From Amphiscolops sp. MND2022 (lineage: Eukaryota), in contig OZ076415.1 of the NCBI GenBank assembly GCA_964187785.1, positions 46,500,001 to 46,564,000 of the forward strand: a stretch of DNA of 64,000 nt, in the 5' to 3' direction. Under the pieces are notes generated by a model, which was given only the letters and a program-made list of their open reading frames with translations, was not told the DNA's origin and searched no databases. Of the stretch, positions 36,050 through 47,685 are shown one piece after another. Within the stretch, counting starts at the first letter, position 1. Each line of letters starts with the position of its first letter. A program made the translations under genes and the position numbers.

Positions 36050-37995
36050 ACTTTGTTGACCAATCCTCGCATTTGTCAAATCATCCTTACTCTGTTTCGA
36101 CATGGAATTACATACTAATTTCACAGGACGGTTGTCAGACAACGTGGCACCAAAATTTTTCTCAGAGTCCAGTCTTTTACACTGCAAGTTTCTTTCAACA
36201 TTGCTACTCCTGCTTCGGTCTTGGTAGAGTAGTAGGGCATTTCGTCGATTTCTGGCAGTTCACTTCACAGTTCTTGGTGAGGATACGGAAGTTTAACATT
36301 GACTTTAATGGCTGGCATTTCCTCGCAAGTGCTTAGATCAGATCTGATCTTGATATGGTCGCCGGACAGTTGATTGCCGCATTTAAGTGTAACGATGCAG
36401 TTGCGACATCCGGGACAATTCACAATTCCGGAAGAAGCAGATGACTCTGTGTCCGAATCCAAACATCGTATATGCGGTAGTAGCAAACGTGATCAACCAT
36501 ACTCCAAATCCTAAATTTTCCGTTTTCTGTGGCTGGTACTACGATTTGCTCCGTTTCGCAAACGTGTAATGCCGCAACGCTATCTTTGAAGTAGAGGGTC
36601 GCCAAACAGGAATCATGACCAGTTTCAGTTGCGATCATATCTAGACATACCTGATAGCGTGATGATCCCATACAGCGACTAAGATCATAATCTGTCAGAA
36701 AGGCGGTTTCTTTATTATTCTCGGAAATAGCCAGGTACGGCGCTTCCAATTTCCATTTAATTGCTGAATCTTGTTCAGGCTGGGGCATGGGCACTGCAAT
36801 AGCGCGGAAAACGGTAAACGCTGAATCTTTTGTGGCGAGTGGAATTGCAATGCGCATGATCAGTCCTTGTTCAACAACGAGAACATCCCGGAGTAATTGC
36901 GATTCATAAAAGGCAATAATTTCTTCCATTGGGATTGCCTATGAAAACCTGTCGGATTTCCGCCATTGTTCCGAAGCGACGTCATTTATTATAGCTGTAA
37001 TTGCTGCTCTGGGGACCAATGACATCGGTAAAAATTGATTCAGTATAGGTTGGATTGAATTCATCATTTTGATTTTGTAAGTGTAGAGAGCGCCTCGATA
37101 ACTTTTACTCTTTGCAAATGTTAAAGCCAGAAGGGAAGAAATAGTATCGTAGTTAAAGTTAATCTATTGTCCGGTGAATAAAAGTTGATCACAATCTCTC
37201 AATACGTGAATATTATGCTGGAAAACTTCGCAGTGTTCCGCGATAAGTTTCCAGTTACGATTTTGGACTTCAACCATTTTCTGTTGAACGGACTTTAGGG
37301 CGTCTAATTCCGTCGTAACCATAAATAACTTGTCGTTCACTTCATTTCGTAATTTGAAAACATCTTGTGTTAAGCTCTCTGTCAATTCTGCAGCTTTTCG
37401 ATATTTTCAGCATTCGCCTTGGAACGGTCGTGGCATGATCCAAAAAGACCTCGGAGTCCACATTCACCGCTTCCCAAGGCGATGCCAGATCCGAACAGTC
37501 CCACTGATGCTAGCACCATCATGGCTAGTGGCGCTGCCCTCGGTTACCGATTTCGTGCTTCAGCGGCATCGTTTTCTGCATTCAAGAATGAAGGAGTGTA
37601 AATGCGAAGAGCTTCTAGCTCTTGTTCAGCAAGCGTGACTTCGTTCTCAACTTGACGGAGCTGCCAATCGATATCGAAAGTTGAATTGTTTTTCTGAAAG
37701 TTCGAAGAATAATCAAGATGACACTGCCAGCTTGTAGAGCTCCATAGTGGAGCAAGTTTGTTAAGGTAGGTGCCCAATTCAGCACTCACGTTCAATTCAA
37801 ACTTTGAAAAGGGGACCAGAAAATCGACGTTTATAAACTTCTCAGATAACAAGATTTTCGTTACGTGATTGAATATTATTCCATTGCCAAGAATAGCTCC
37901 GGAATCTTGATCTGCAATGATGTCAGATTTCCAAGCACTCGGGTAAACTATCACTACAAGGAGTGAAAGAACTGAGAGAAAAAGGCTTTGTCAAG
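36050..37995 (-). pseudogene. env: Decayed class I viral fusion glycoprotein (LTR-retroelement env / baculovirus F-like)
   Basis: Hydrophobic signal-like start (PFLSVLSLLVVIVYP). Basic cleavage site RNR*PR with a TAA inside, followed by the fusion-peptide-like AAPLAMMVLASVGLFGSGIALGSGECGLRGLFGSC. Then heptad-repeat helices (LTQDVFKLRNEVNDKLFMVTTELDAL) and a Cys-rich ectodomain (LSRCMGSSRYQVC, SCLATLY, CPGCRNCIVTLKCG). Several stops and frameshifts. Confidence 0.75.
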
Positions 37996-38748
37996 GTCGT
38001 TAAAATATGGAATTCACTTTTTTTAACCGAAGAGAAAAACTTGAATAGGAAAAAGCACCCAAAAATTGTGTAACCGTTTGTAGTTCCTATTTTTTTGTGC
38101 ATTTTTCTGAACGTGAGGTAGAAATTTTATTCGAGTTTTTCAGAAAATCGCGTGTGAAAATGTGCTTTTACAAGAGTGTCAATGGAGAGACAGTTCTTTG
38201 CTGTCCAGAAAAAACTTGCATCAAAAGGCCTGCATCAATGACGTAATTGAGGCATATCAAACAAACGAGGATCCCGTCGTACCGCGGGGCTACACCTGGA
38301 TTATCTTGCTGCTTCCGATATTCCGCATTTTGCTCCTGATACTAGTGAAAAAGTGGCTGTAATTGTCAACAAGGGATGCTACCAATGAACAGTGTTACTT
38401 TTCGAGGAGAAAGTTTGGACTATAGAAGGTACTTTAGTTAATTTTGTTCGTTAGAGTAGAAGTAGGGCAATTCAATGTTCTCTGACCATTACGAATGTCT
38501 TCGAGTATTCCTTCGAGTATGCGTAAACCTATGAGAATTATGTTTTGTTGAAAATTGTTGATGCCATTACAGATCAAATTGGCATTGGGGCTATCATGGA
38601 AGAGAACTCGAGAAACAGCTCCCTCTCAAAAAATTCAAGGTAGGCGGTTGGTTTCGTATTATTTTTTTTGCAAAGTATCCAGTTTAAGTTTCGTGTGTGC
38701 CGAAAAATCTTACCTGAGGGTACATGATAGAGAAAACGCTGCACGATC

Positions 38749-39729
38749 TTGTTTTTCTTAAGGGAGGCGATCACAACACGATTTGGGGCAAGTTTTGACC
38801 GACAGCTTTGTTTGTCTACCTTGGCCGAGAAATATCTTACTAAACTGGGATGGCAACCCGTACCATCCTTAGATGGGACACAAAGTCGCACTTGGGGTGA
38901 TGTTATGGAAAAGTTGGAGCAGGAAGTCTCGAGTAAGTCAATTTCCGGGGATTGGAGTGATGAGCCTATTGTCATCAAAAATCAACACCTTTTCAGAGTT
39001 GATCCATTGTTTTGTGAGAAACTTAGCGCTATCACAACAATCATCAAGATTAGAAAGAACTTCATAATTTTCAAACAGCAGCTTTACGGCCGTATTGAAA
39101 GTCACGTCACTACCAATATGAACGCGAATGCATATTCCTTCAATATAGTAGGGCTTGTTGGCATGGAGACGCCCAAATGCTTGACGCTGACAATGCTTGA
39201 CGGTATCGCGTCAACGAGGACGAGCATCGCGTCGATAAGTCTCTTCACATCGAAGAAGGCTTTGGTGGATTGTCTGTCGAAACCACCTTCGAAGCTAATC
39301 CGACGGAGTGTCAAGTTTTTCTTTACTGATTGTACTTCACTAATGATACAGCCTGCTTTATGGGCGCATACGGTCATAACATTAAGTAAAGGGCCGGCAC
39401 TTGTTGTCGGGTTTGAAGGTAAAAACGAAAGGGACCTGATACGACGAGATAAAGTGTTATCATATTATTCTACTGGGATGGACCAAAATAAACGTCAAGA
39501 CTGGTTGAGTACTGCCTCAGAGGGACAGGTATTGAAAAAAATTAAGAAAAGTCGTCGGAACACCGCTGTGAAGGAACACTTGGAATGCTTGCAGTACGAT
39601 GGTCGATGTAAAAATTGTTCCAGAGCAGTTACGAAAGTACGAGTGCCAAAGCGAAGGCAAAAATTATTTGCTATACATCGGTTCCGACGAAAATGGTTAC
39701 TTAGAAACAAAGACAAAGCAGGTTTTTAG
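38749..39729 (+). CDS. Divergent cupin/JmjC-like ORF (326 aa) with basic C-terminus
   Basis: SLMIQPALWAHTVITLSKGPALVVGFE resembles the C-terminal JmjC strand pair (h-h-P-x-x-W-x-H-x-V-x-T...G). The first HxD/E motif is not recognisable (METPKCLTLTMLDG, containing an 11-bp duplication). C-terminal CLQYDGRCKNC and Lys/Arg-rich tail. Confidence 0.45.
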   Translation: MFFLREAITTRFGASFDRQLCLSTLAEKYLTKLGWQPVPSLDGTQSRTWGDVMEKLEQEVSSKSISGDWSDEPIVIKNQHLFRVDPLFCEKLSAITTIIKIRKNFIIFKQQLYGRIESHVTTNMNANAYSFNIVGLVGMETPKCLTLTMLDGIASTRTSIASISLFTSKKALVDCLSKPPSKLIRRSVKFFFTDCTSLMIQPALWAHTVITLSKGPALVVGFEGKNERDLIRRDKVLSYYSTGMDQNKRQDWLSTASEGQVLKKIKKSRRNTAVKEHLECLQYDGRCKNCSRAVTKVRVPKRRQKLFAIHRFRRKWLLRNKDKAGF

Positions 39730-40613
39730 TCTGTTTCGAGTTAGCTGCTGTTTTAGGCGGCAACCAACAAAAGCAAAACATCGGATTTTGTTTTTTTTGG
39801 TAGCCAGAGTTGCCAAATGGAAAGCGGAAATTTTGAACCAGTGATTGAACAGGTTGTGAATGCACCTAGACTCATCGAAATTGTTATGCACAGTATGTAT
39901 TGTAGCATTGAATTGCTGGTCCTGGAATCACTGCACGCACTTTCATTGAACTACTTCACAGATAATGCTATAACATTGTTGCCAAAATCGCGAGTTGAGG
40001 CGAACATGTGTTCAAATAAAGGTGAACTAAGATATCGAAAAAATGGTCGTGTTTTTTTGTGGATTAGGAAAGTATCCAAGTGTGGCCGTTGTAAGAGGTA
40101 AGAAGAAGGCAAAACCCCGTATCATGACCATTTTTTATTTTGTTGCAAGTGAAAAGAAATGTTTGAAATCCCACTCCTGTCACCATATCATATATCTCCT
40201 CTTAGCTAGAGCGGGCATTCAATATTTGGAAGTTTTCAGATGATTGTTGAAAAAACTCTATGGATGCGGGGCTCCGCGGTTTGACTTGCTCCTTGAAGTT
40301 CTCACCAAAACTGGTTAGTGCAGAATACTTTTATTTCTCTCTCTCTCTCTATCTTGCTCTCAATATTTCAAATATGTTTTTCACTTGTACACTGTCACAT
40401 CTATTTGAATTCTTCCCTTCCTTCATTTATCAGTAGTAATCAATAATAAATGACATCGGGTAGCGCCATTTAGACTTTAAGATAAGTTTTAAAGTTTACA
40501 GTTCATTAAAGGAATGTGGGGTCGTTAAATGATGAGGGGTGATTAGGAGAGAAAGAGACTAATTTATAAAGGCTATCTCACTTGGACTTTGCTTTCAGCA
40601 GTCCGATCGTGAC

Positions 40614-41299
40614 ATGGAATGCTACAAACCCATTGCACCACGTACGCCTGTTTGGTTGTTGTGTGGTGAGGCGATTGGTTTCATGAAGAATAAACAAAAT
40701 CTCCTTATGAAAACTGGAGATCCTTTCGTTCCAACTGCCAGAGGTAGCATTCTTAAGGCTCCACCAGCCGATGTTTCAATAGCTAGCTACGTGTTTTGTG
40801 TCTTCCTTGACACAAATTTAACAATTTTACGGTCGTCCAGGCGGTACCCAAAAACAGAATGTGTACCGGACAACTGTCCGATGCACAGGGTTTTTCTACC
40901 AACAATTATTGATCTAGTGCTACCCCGTAGAAACACTGGGCTTTGTCTCCAAAAATAAAACGTGAGTTGGCGGAGAAAAGAACTGGCGTAGATGCTATAA
41001 CATTCACTTTTACTCACGCTGCTTAACTGTTTGTAGCAACGATCAAACGGTTGAAGCAACTACAGAGCGATCAAATCAATACATATGACATGGACGACTG
41101 TCTCACTGCATTAGCAGATGTCGGCAGTCATCGAAAATTTAGGGTGTTCGGGTGGTTCAAAACATCGCAGGAAGAAGACGGAGTTGCTACCAAGAATTTC
41201 TCGAATCACGTTTCTCTACCGTTTCCAAACGAAGCACTAGACAATGATCAGCAGTCAATAATAATGGGGTGCCAGACCTGTGAAAACAGCCATTGCTGA
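40614..41299 (+). pseudogene. Unknown accessory protein, paralog B (split over frames)
   Basis: PRTPVWLLCGEAIGFMKNKQNLLMKTGDPF aligns with HGTPVWLLCPTLEGLLKETQNPLISTGDPL; DQINTYDMDDCL...FRVFGWFKTSQEEDGV aligns with DNIDNFDMEECV...FRVIGWFKPTSDDEGV. Confidence 0.55.
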
Positions 41300-41749
41300 T
41301 GCCAGCACCATCGTTTCACCAGATGATATCAGATGACCTGTTTCCACGAGCCTCACAACGATAAGTTGTTTCGGTGAGACACCACCTATTAAAGACTAAA
41401 ATGCACCTTGACAACTTTGACCCCGAAGAGGATGTTCCCACATATGATAAACAAGCTGCTGTTATGATAACTAGTTGGTAACTGGTGTCGAGCGCCAACA
41501 CTTTACTTCCAAAACATTCATCTTCTACCTTCTTCAACAATTCTGGAATACCCACGCATGAATACATGTGAACGGCTGCTCGTTATAATGGTTTTTGTTC
41601 TTGTTTGTTTCTATGGCAGTTTCCACTTCAAAAATTTGAGAGTTTACTTAGATTTTGTTCGTCTGAAAGCTATGTAAGGTATAGATATCCTAGATGCAAT
41701 AAACGATGAACAAGGTTGTTTGAAACTTGCTTCAAATCAATTATTGAAA

Positions 41750-43150
41750 GAGAACGACAAGATTAAAGGACTTTCTCACAAGACCTCGCATCAATCTTAG
41801 GGACTACTCAACAAAAGTTGGAACTTCATCAACAATATCAGGAGTTTGCATATCAAGCCTAGTTGCGTTTAAATATCATGACTGAAAAACTCTTTCGTAG
41901 ACCTGAGTGTAAATGACAACGCAATAGCAAATCACTTGAAGTTAGTGTTTTCAAATCTCCAAGATCCTTTGGGTGATAAAAATGTAGCAACAAAAAGAAT
42001 GTTGAACGTATTTGACATTTCAGTTTCCATCCGACTTCTCCGACACAATGTTAATGTTTTGATAACTTTTATGAGATTTGTCGAAAGAAACCCACGGGTC
42101 AACGGCGAAATAGCTCTTTTCTTTGGGGTTTTATCGGTATAAAAGATTTCATACCTCTAACGTTCAATTTCAATGAATGTAGTAAACATTCCTAATTTCA
42201 AACAGAACTCAAGCGAGCATTTGTCACCTCCATGGAGAAAAAAGGCGACGTTTTAGATGGAACCAATTACCGAGCGAAATACATCACTAACACTCTAAAT
42301 TTGTCGACAAAATTTTACATGAACAAATTACTAACTATTTGAACACACGGAAAATGTGTCAGTCTCGCTTCAGCTGCAGAAAGCAATTTTATCTACAAGA
42401 TTTCCTCTTAGTTTTCACTGAAACACTGGGGAAAGATTTTGTGCATGTACTACTGGACTTGTCTTAATCATTTGATTCCCTTTCTCAAAAATTGTTGAAG
42501 AAGAAACTTAGCGCTTTGAAAATTTCGGGATCTCCTTTGGAACTGATGGGAGATTTTTTGAATTACCGAACACTGCAGGTTAAAGTTTATGGTGAACAAA
42601 CTGAATGGATTGACCTGGCCCGAGGCGTCCCCCAAGCTACAGATTTGGGACCTTTGATATTTAATCCCTATGTAGATGATTCGAAAGACATTATTGACAG
42701 CAAATCTTGATTAGTTTACTATGAGGAAGGTTGTCTCAGTTTCTCCAGTGGCACTCATTCGTCTAAAATTTTGATTGATCTACAAAAGAATGATACAAAT
42801 ATCGAAAAATACATTAGCATCCATCAACTCAGTTTGAATGCTAGCAAAACTGAATTCATCACTTTTTCGCGTTTATAAAATAAACATTGAGCTGAATCGG
42901 AGATGGTCACCATTGGAGAAACCCACGTGAAAAAAATGAACGCCTGTAAATATTTGGGTTTAACTATTGATAAATATCTACCTTCCGCTTTGACGTTTGA
43001 AAACGTATTGCAGGAAATGGCAATGGGAGTACAAACAATTGATACTAGTATGAATCAACTTCAACAACACAGGTCATGCTTCTTTTGACTGGTTTTGAGT
43101 CACTTTTTGAAAAATGCATTAAAACAACTGAAATCAACCAACTTCCTCAT
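41750..43150 (+). pseudogene. Decayed non-LTR (CR1/L2-like) reverse transcriptase
   Basis: KKGDVLDGTNYR, LDLS*SFDS, RGVPQATDLGPLIFNPYVDD, LSLNASKTEFITF and CKYLGLTIDKYL motifs appear in order, with stops and frameshifts. Confidence 0.85.
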
Positions 43151-44027
43151 GCTGATCACGTTTCTAGACTTTCGAGTATCCTCCGACTTTGTTGACTGCA
43201 AAAAAAAACATTTTTCAAAGCCCCATTCATCTGCTTTTCAAGTAAATTAAAAGATGTTGATATAGAAGAAAGAAAAGGTACGGGATAGCTCATCAACATC
43301 TTTTAATTTACTTGAAAAGCAGCTGAATGGGGCTTTGAAATATGTTTTTTTTTGCAGTCAACAAAGTCGGAGGATACTCGAAAGTCTAGAGACGTGATCA
43401 GCATGAGGAAGTTAGTTGATTTCAAGTGCCCAAACACCGTTTTTCAACTTCTTAATCAAAACAAAACGCTAATTTACCAAATTCTAAATTTCAGTTGAAC
43501 GACAGAATGATACATCATGGAAACAGTTCATCTGCTTACATCTCTAGTTCTTTTATTTGTAAAGTTTCTATCAAGTGGAACTTATTCTCAGCATTTCTGA
43601 GGAACAACCAAAGTTCTTAACAACTTTTGAAATCAAGATGAAATTTCTGAATCTCAAAATGAACTGCCATATTACGTCGTGAATACGTGGCGCAATTTTC
43701 GTATTAACTGGATACCTGATACACGAGTAGATTCCGTTTTTCTGTTTTCCTAATTTTGTGCAGTGATCACTTTTTTAAAAAAAATCTTTCATCCATCTTT
43801 TTAAAAAAACTGAATTCGTACACTGTCAGTACTATCCTCGGTTTTTTATACGAAACTATTTCTGGTAGGATCAATTATAGTGTTTTCTCTCATTTAGGAG
43901 GTGACGCTTTCTTACGTTGACCCTGTTAAGGCTGAGGGGAGGTCTCGCTCCGACAGCCTCTGGTGGTCCACGGTTTTTAAAACGTTTCGACAAAATCCTT
44001 ACCAGCGTTTTTCTTGTCGAAAACACT

Positions 44028-44335
44028 ACTCATTGACCTATTTTCCCAATTGCTCACGTTTTTCTACGCTGACACCTTTTTTTAGGGCTTTGGAGGTCCT
44101 GCTCGGGCTGCCGCTAGGGATTCACAGTCTTTCCAAAGTTTTTGTAAGGTATTGACGAAAAAAACCAAATCACCGTTCTTCCCGCCCAATACCGAACTTA
44201 TTGACCTACTTTCCTCATTCCAGGTTTATAGGTTGACCTACGGTTTTTAGGGTCACGGATGTCCTGATCCGGCTGCCTCTAGGGAAACACAGTTTGTGCA
44301 CTTTTTGTAGGGTTCTCACGAAAGAAATTCTTGTC
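44028..44335. repeat. Two diverged ~170-bp direct repeats
   Basis: ttgaccta(t/c)ttt.c...tttttagg g...tcctg.tc.ggctgcc.ctaggga..cacagt...tttttgta.ggt occurs twice. Confidence 0.7.
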
Positions 44336-44609
44336 CTGCCACCAAAAACCGTATTCATTGGCGTAATTTCCCAATTCATGACGTAAATTCAACGCTTTTA
44401 TAAAGTTTTTGAGAATTTCCTGCTCCGTCTACCTCAACTCATTTTCCCTGGGTTTTAGCCATAACACATATTTCATCGGATTAATCGTCGAACCATTTTT
44501 TTCAGCATTTTCTAGTGCTTCCTACTCGTTTTTAGAGTCATCCTAAGAGGGCACCAGAGGCAGCCGAAGCAGAACCTTTTCTGAGATCATCATCTTTTTG
44601 CAATCTCCC

Positions 44610-45470
44610 GCCAGGACATATGCCCGCAGGCGTTTCGGATTCTTCTGGAGCCTGGGTAGAAAATTTCGCCTGACCGCTTGCTGTACTCTAATTGGACGGA
44701 CTTGCAGTGTGGGTCAAGATGCGATGTACAGCTGCGAAGAAACGATCATCGAAGAAGAATGACGACTGATCAAATGAGACGAGCAGGCAAGTACTTGATC
44801 CTTGGACGCCGCAGGGGACAAAAGATTAGAAGGTGGGTCTTCATGAGATATCCACATCATTCTTCTCAATTTCGTCAGTGTAGCCGGCTAATAGAACACA
44901 GTATTTAGCCAGCAAAATCGAGCTATATGTTCCAACACTTGTTTTGTAATGAATGAAAATGATCGAAGCAGAAACACAGAAACTTTAAGTAGGGCAATAA
45001 AAGATACAATTCTCGTAGAGTTGACTTTCGGAAGCTAGCACGTTCATGTTGCTTAGGAAAGACATTCACCCTCTCTCGTTCCTGGAAGAAAGAATTAGAT
45101 GTTCTGTCGCCTCCATCAACGAGGGGAAAGCTTGATACGGCTGCGCAAGATATTGGAAAGCCATTTTCTGAGACAATCAACTTTTTGTTAAGTCTCGCCA
45201 GGACGCAGGTGTTTTGGACTCTTCTAGAGCCTGGGTCGGTATGTGCGATGCACAGCTGCGAGAAAACGATTGAAGAAGGATGACGTACTGATCGGATGAG
45301 GCGAGTAGGACAGTACTTGTGTCTCAGTCGCCACAGCGGGGAGGAATTTGAGGAAGCTGAGTCTTCGTGAGGAATGTACATCAATCGTTTAAATTTCTTG
45401 AGTGTTACAATTGAGAGCCGGCTAATCAGGTACGAAACTTAGGTTGCAATATCGAGGTATACGTTTCAAC
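44610..45470. repeat. Diverged ~530-580-bp direct duplication
   Basis: cgcagg.gttt.gga.tcttct.gagcctgggt, gcgatg.acagctgcga..aaacgat, ctgatc..atgag.cgag.agg..agtacttg and agccggctaat each occur once at 44620-44940 and once at 45200-45470. Confidence 0.7.
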
Positions 45471-47079
45471 AATTTTTTTTTTGTAATATTTCAAAACAAT
45501 GAAACAGTAACAAGAAGTCACATGAAATTGTAACACTTTTAACCATGTTATTGACTTCGAGTAGAACAATAAACGCTACGATTCTCGGGGGCAAGTTTCA
45601 GAAACCTCCAAGTTGATATTGCTGATGAGTATTTTCTAACTTTATACTGGGGAAGATTTGGATACTTCAACGGTCTCTACCTTTCAAAGAAAAACATTGG
45701 ACTTTCGTAATTGTCCTTCATGAAGTTTCTGAACGTTGAAACACCGGCCGTTACGGTTACTACTCATGCATCTGAAAATTATAATCAGCCAATATAGAAG
45801 CAAGCAAGACGGTAATTCGACAAGTACCGAATACAAGTATCGCAGACAGCAATTAGGATAATTTTTCATGAACGCTGTGCAGTCTACACAATGTATGCTA
45901 CTATTTATAGAGTATTCTACATTTACTTTTCATTGTGCACATTTTACTTTGATTCACATCTAAGCATGAATCAAAAATTTGAAAACTTTGCAGTCTGAGA
46001 GCAGAATTGAAAAAAGCCACCCGCGGTAAAAAAAATATTATATATCACTTAGTATTGAGCAGCTCGCTCCTCACACCAAATATTCCCTCATGCTGAAAAC
46101 CAGCATTTCATTCGAATCCGACCAATCCTTCCCACTTAGATCTTCACACGCTTTCACTCAAACTCACCCGCCCAGTACCACCTGCAGAATTGTTGAACAA
46201 AAAAACTCTCATTCAGCAGAGACATAACATCGTCAACAAGCTAAATATAAGTTAAGACGAGAAGAGACAAACACACACAAACACACCCTGAAACCCTGGA
46301 AAAACGCTAGAAAGACCTGAAAGGATCCGCATAGACTCTCGAAAGCGCAATATCAACAGTGTACATCCAGAAGATGCGGATGCTACCCAATTTCGTGAAA
46401 CTCAGAAACGTTAAATTTTATACTGTGTATTGAATATTTCGCAGGTCGTAGTCTCGGTGAGGCTTTAATGCTACTAGTATACTGCTAGTATACTTTGTTG
46501 ACTAAATCGTTGAATACCACACATTATTTCCGGTATATGCAAATATTTGTTTCATATATTACGTCAATGAAATGTTATTCAGGTATTTTCTGTTTTGGAC
46601 ATGCGAAGTATGTAGGAGGGCTCTTAGAATAAGTTTTATATGCTTCAGGGACGTGTCCGGACTTCGAGTGTGGTAGCATGCCGCCTCGGGATCGAAAATG
46701 AGGAGTCTTTCGACGTTTGATAAGCCCCACCAGGAGACAACTTTTGGGTTGAAAACAGGTGTTAAGGTTTCCGTAGGACTATGGTCTCTTGCGTAGGCAA
46801 CCTAAGCATCATCCCAGGTCTAGTATGTGCTCTAGAAATGGAACTAAAATTAGATAAACAGCGATTGTTAAACACGCAATATACGTAAATACTGAATAAT
46901 GCAAAAAGCCATCAACATAACTTTTCGATCGACCAGGCTTCGAAATTTGATTTTGGACGTTATCTAAACGGCATATACAACGGTTTCACATAGAATCATT
47001 GTCGCCCGTTTTTCCTTTTCATCTTTTGTAAAGATCGCCGCTGTATTACAATAACTATCAACCGATCAAAGCACGATAT

Positions 47080-47685
47080 TCATGATTCGCATCCAGAGCG
47101 AGCAAATTTTTCTGCGCAAGAAAAGCACCAAAAAGGAGAAATGAACTGACTCACAAAATCACACTTGGAGGCGTTCTGTTGGATAGCACAGCAATGAACT
47201 AAACAGTCAATTACAAAATCAAGACAGTTGTTGCTCTCACTGTGGTAATTTCTGCACGCCCATTTTCCCTCCTGACTGTTGACATCGGAAACTAGAGTGA
47301 CGCAATATTGTAACAAGGCACATCTTACTACCTTTATGTTCAACGTAGGAATGGGCACTTTGATACAATTGGTCCACTTCTCAGCCAATGAGAGCCCTGC
47401 CGCGTGATAGTGGAGAACAATTCCGTCGTTCAGCAGTATTCCGATATGCAAGTTCCGAACGTCCCACATTTGGGTGGTAATTTCATTGTTAGGTAACTTC
47501 AGGACAACAGAGGGAAGGCAAGAGGTTGGTAAGGAGGTTGTACAGGAAACGAAATATTTTTCGAAAAAGCATCCCGGATTACAGGATGCAGTTTTCTTTC
47601 CTGTGACGTCATTAGTTCCTGTGACGTCATTACCATCGCGTGACGCCATTGGTTGCGGAAACAAACTGGCTACTGGCGACTTCAC
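47080..47685 (-). CDS. MKRN2OS: MKRN2 opposite strand protein-like (DUF4796, permuted papain-like fold); 5' part unresolved
   Basis: LHIGILLNDGIVLHY...W..CIKVPI and W...NYHSESNNCLDFV...SKCDFVSQFISP parallel the recalled MKRN2OS motifs LHVGITNTNGVVYNY, W...RY...HHNCYSY and DKGEFTEKYVVP. The frame is open to ~47750; a CVLC motif lies in another frame near 47790. Confidence 0.7.
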   Translation of the reverse strand: MKSPVASLFPQPMASRDGNDVTGTNDVTGKKTASCNPGCFFEKYFVSCTTSLPTSCLPSVVLKLPNNEITTQMWDVRNLHIGILLNDGIVLHYHAAGLSLAEKWTNCIKVPIPTLNIKVVRCALLQYCVTLVSDVNSQEGKWACRNYHSESNNCLDFVIDCLVHCCAIQQNASKCDFVSQFISPFWCFSCAEKFARSGCES

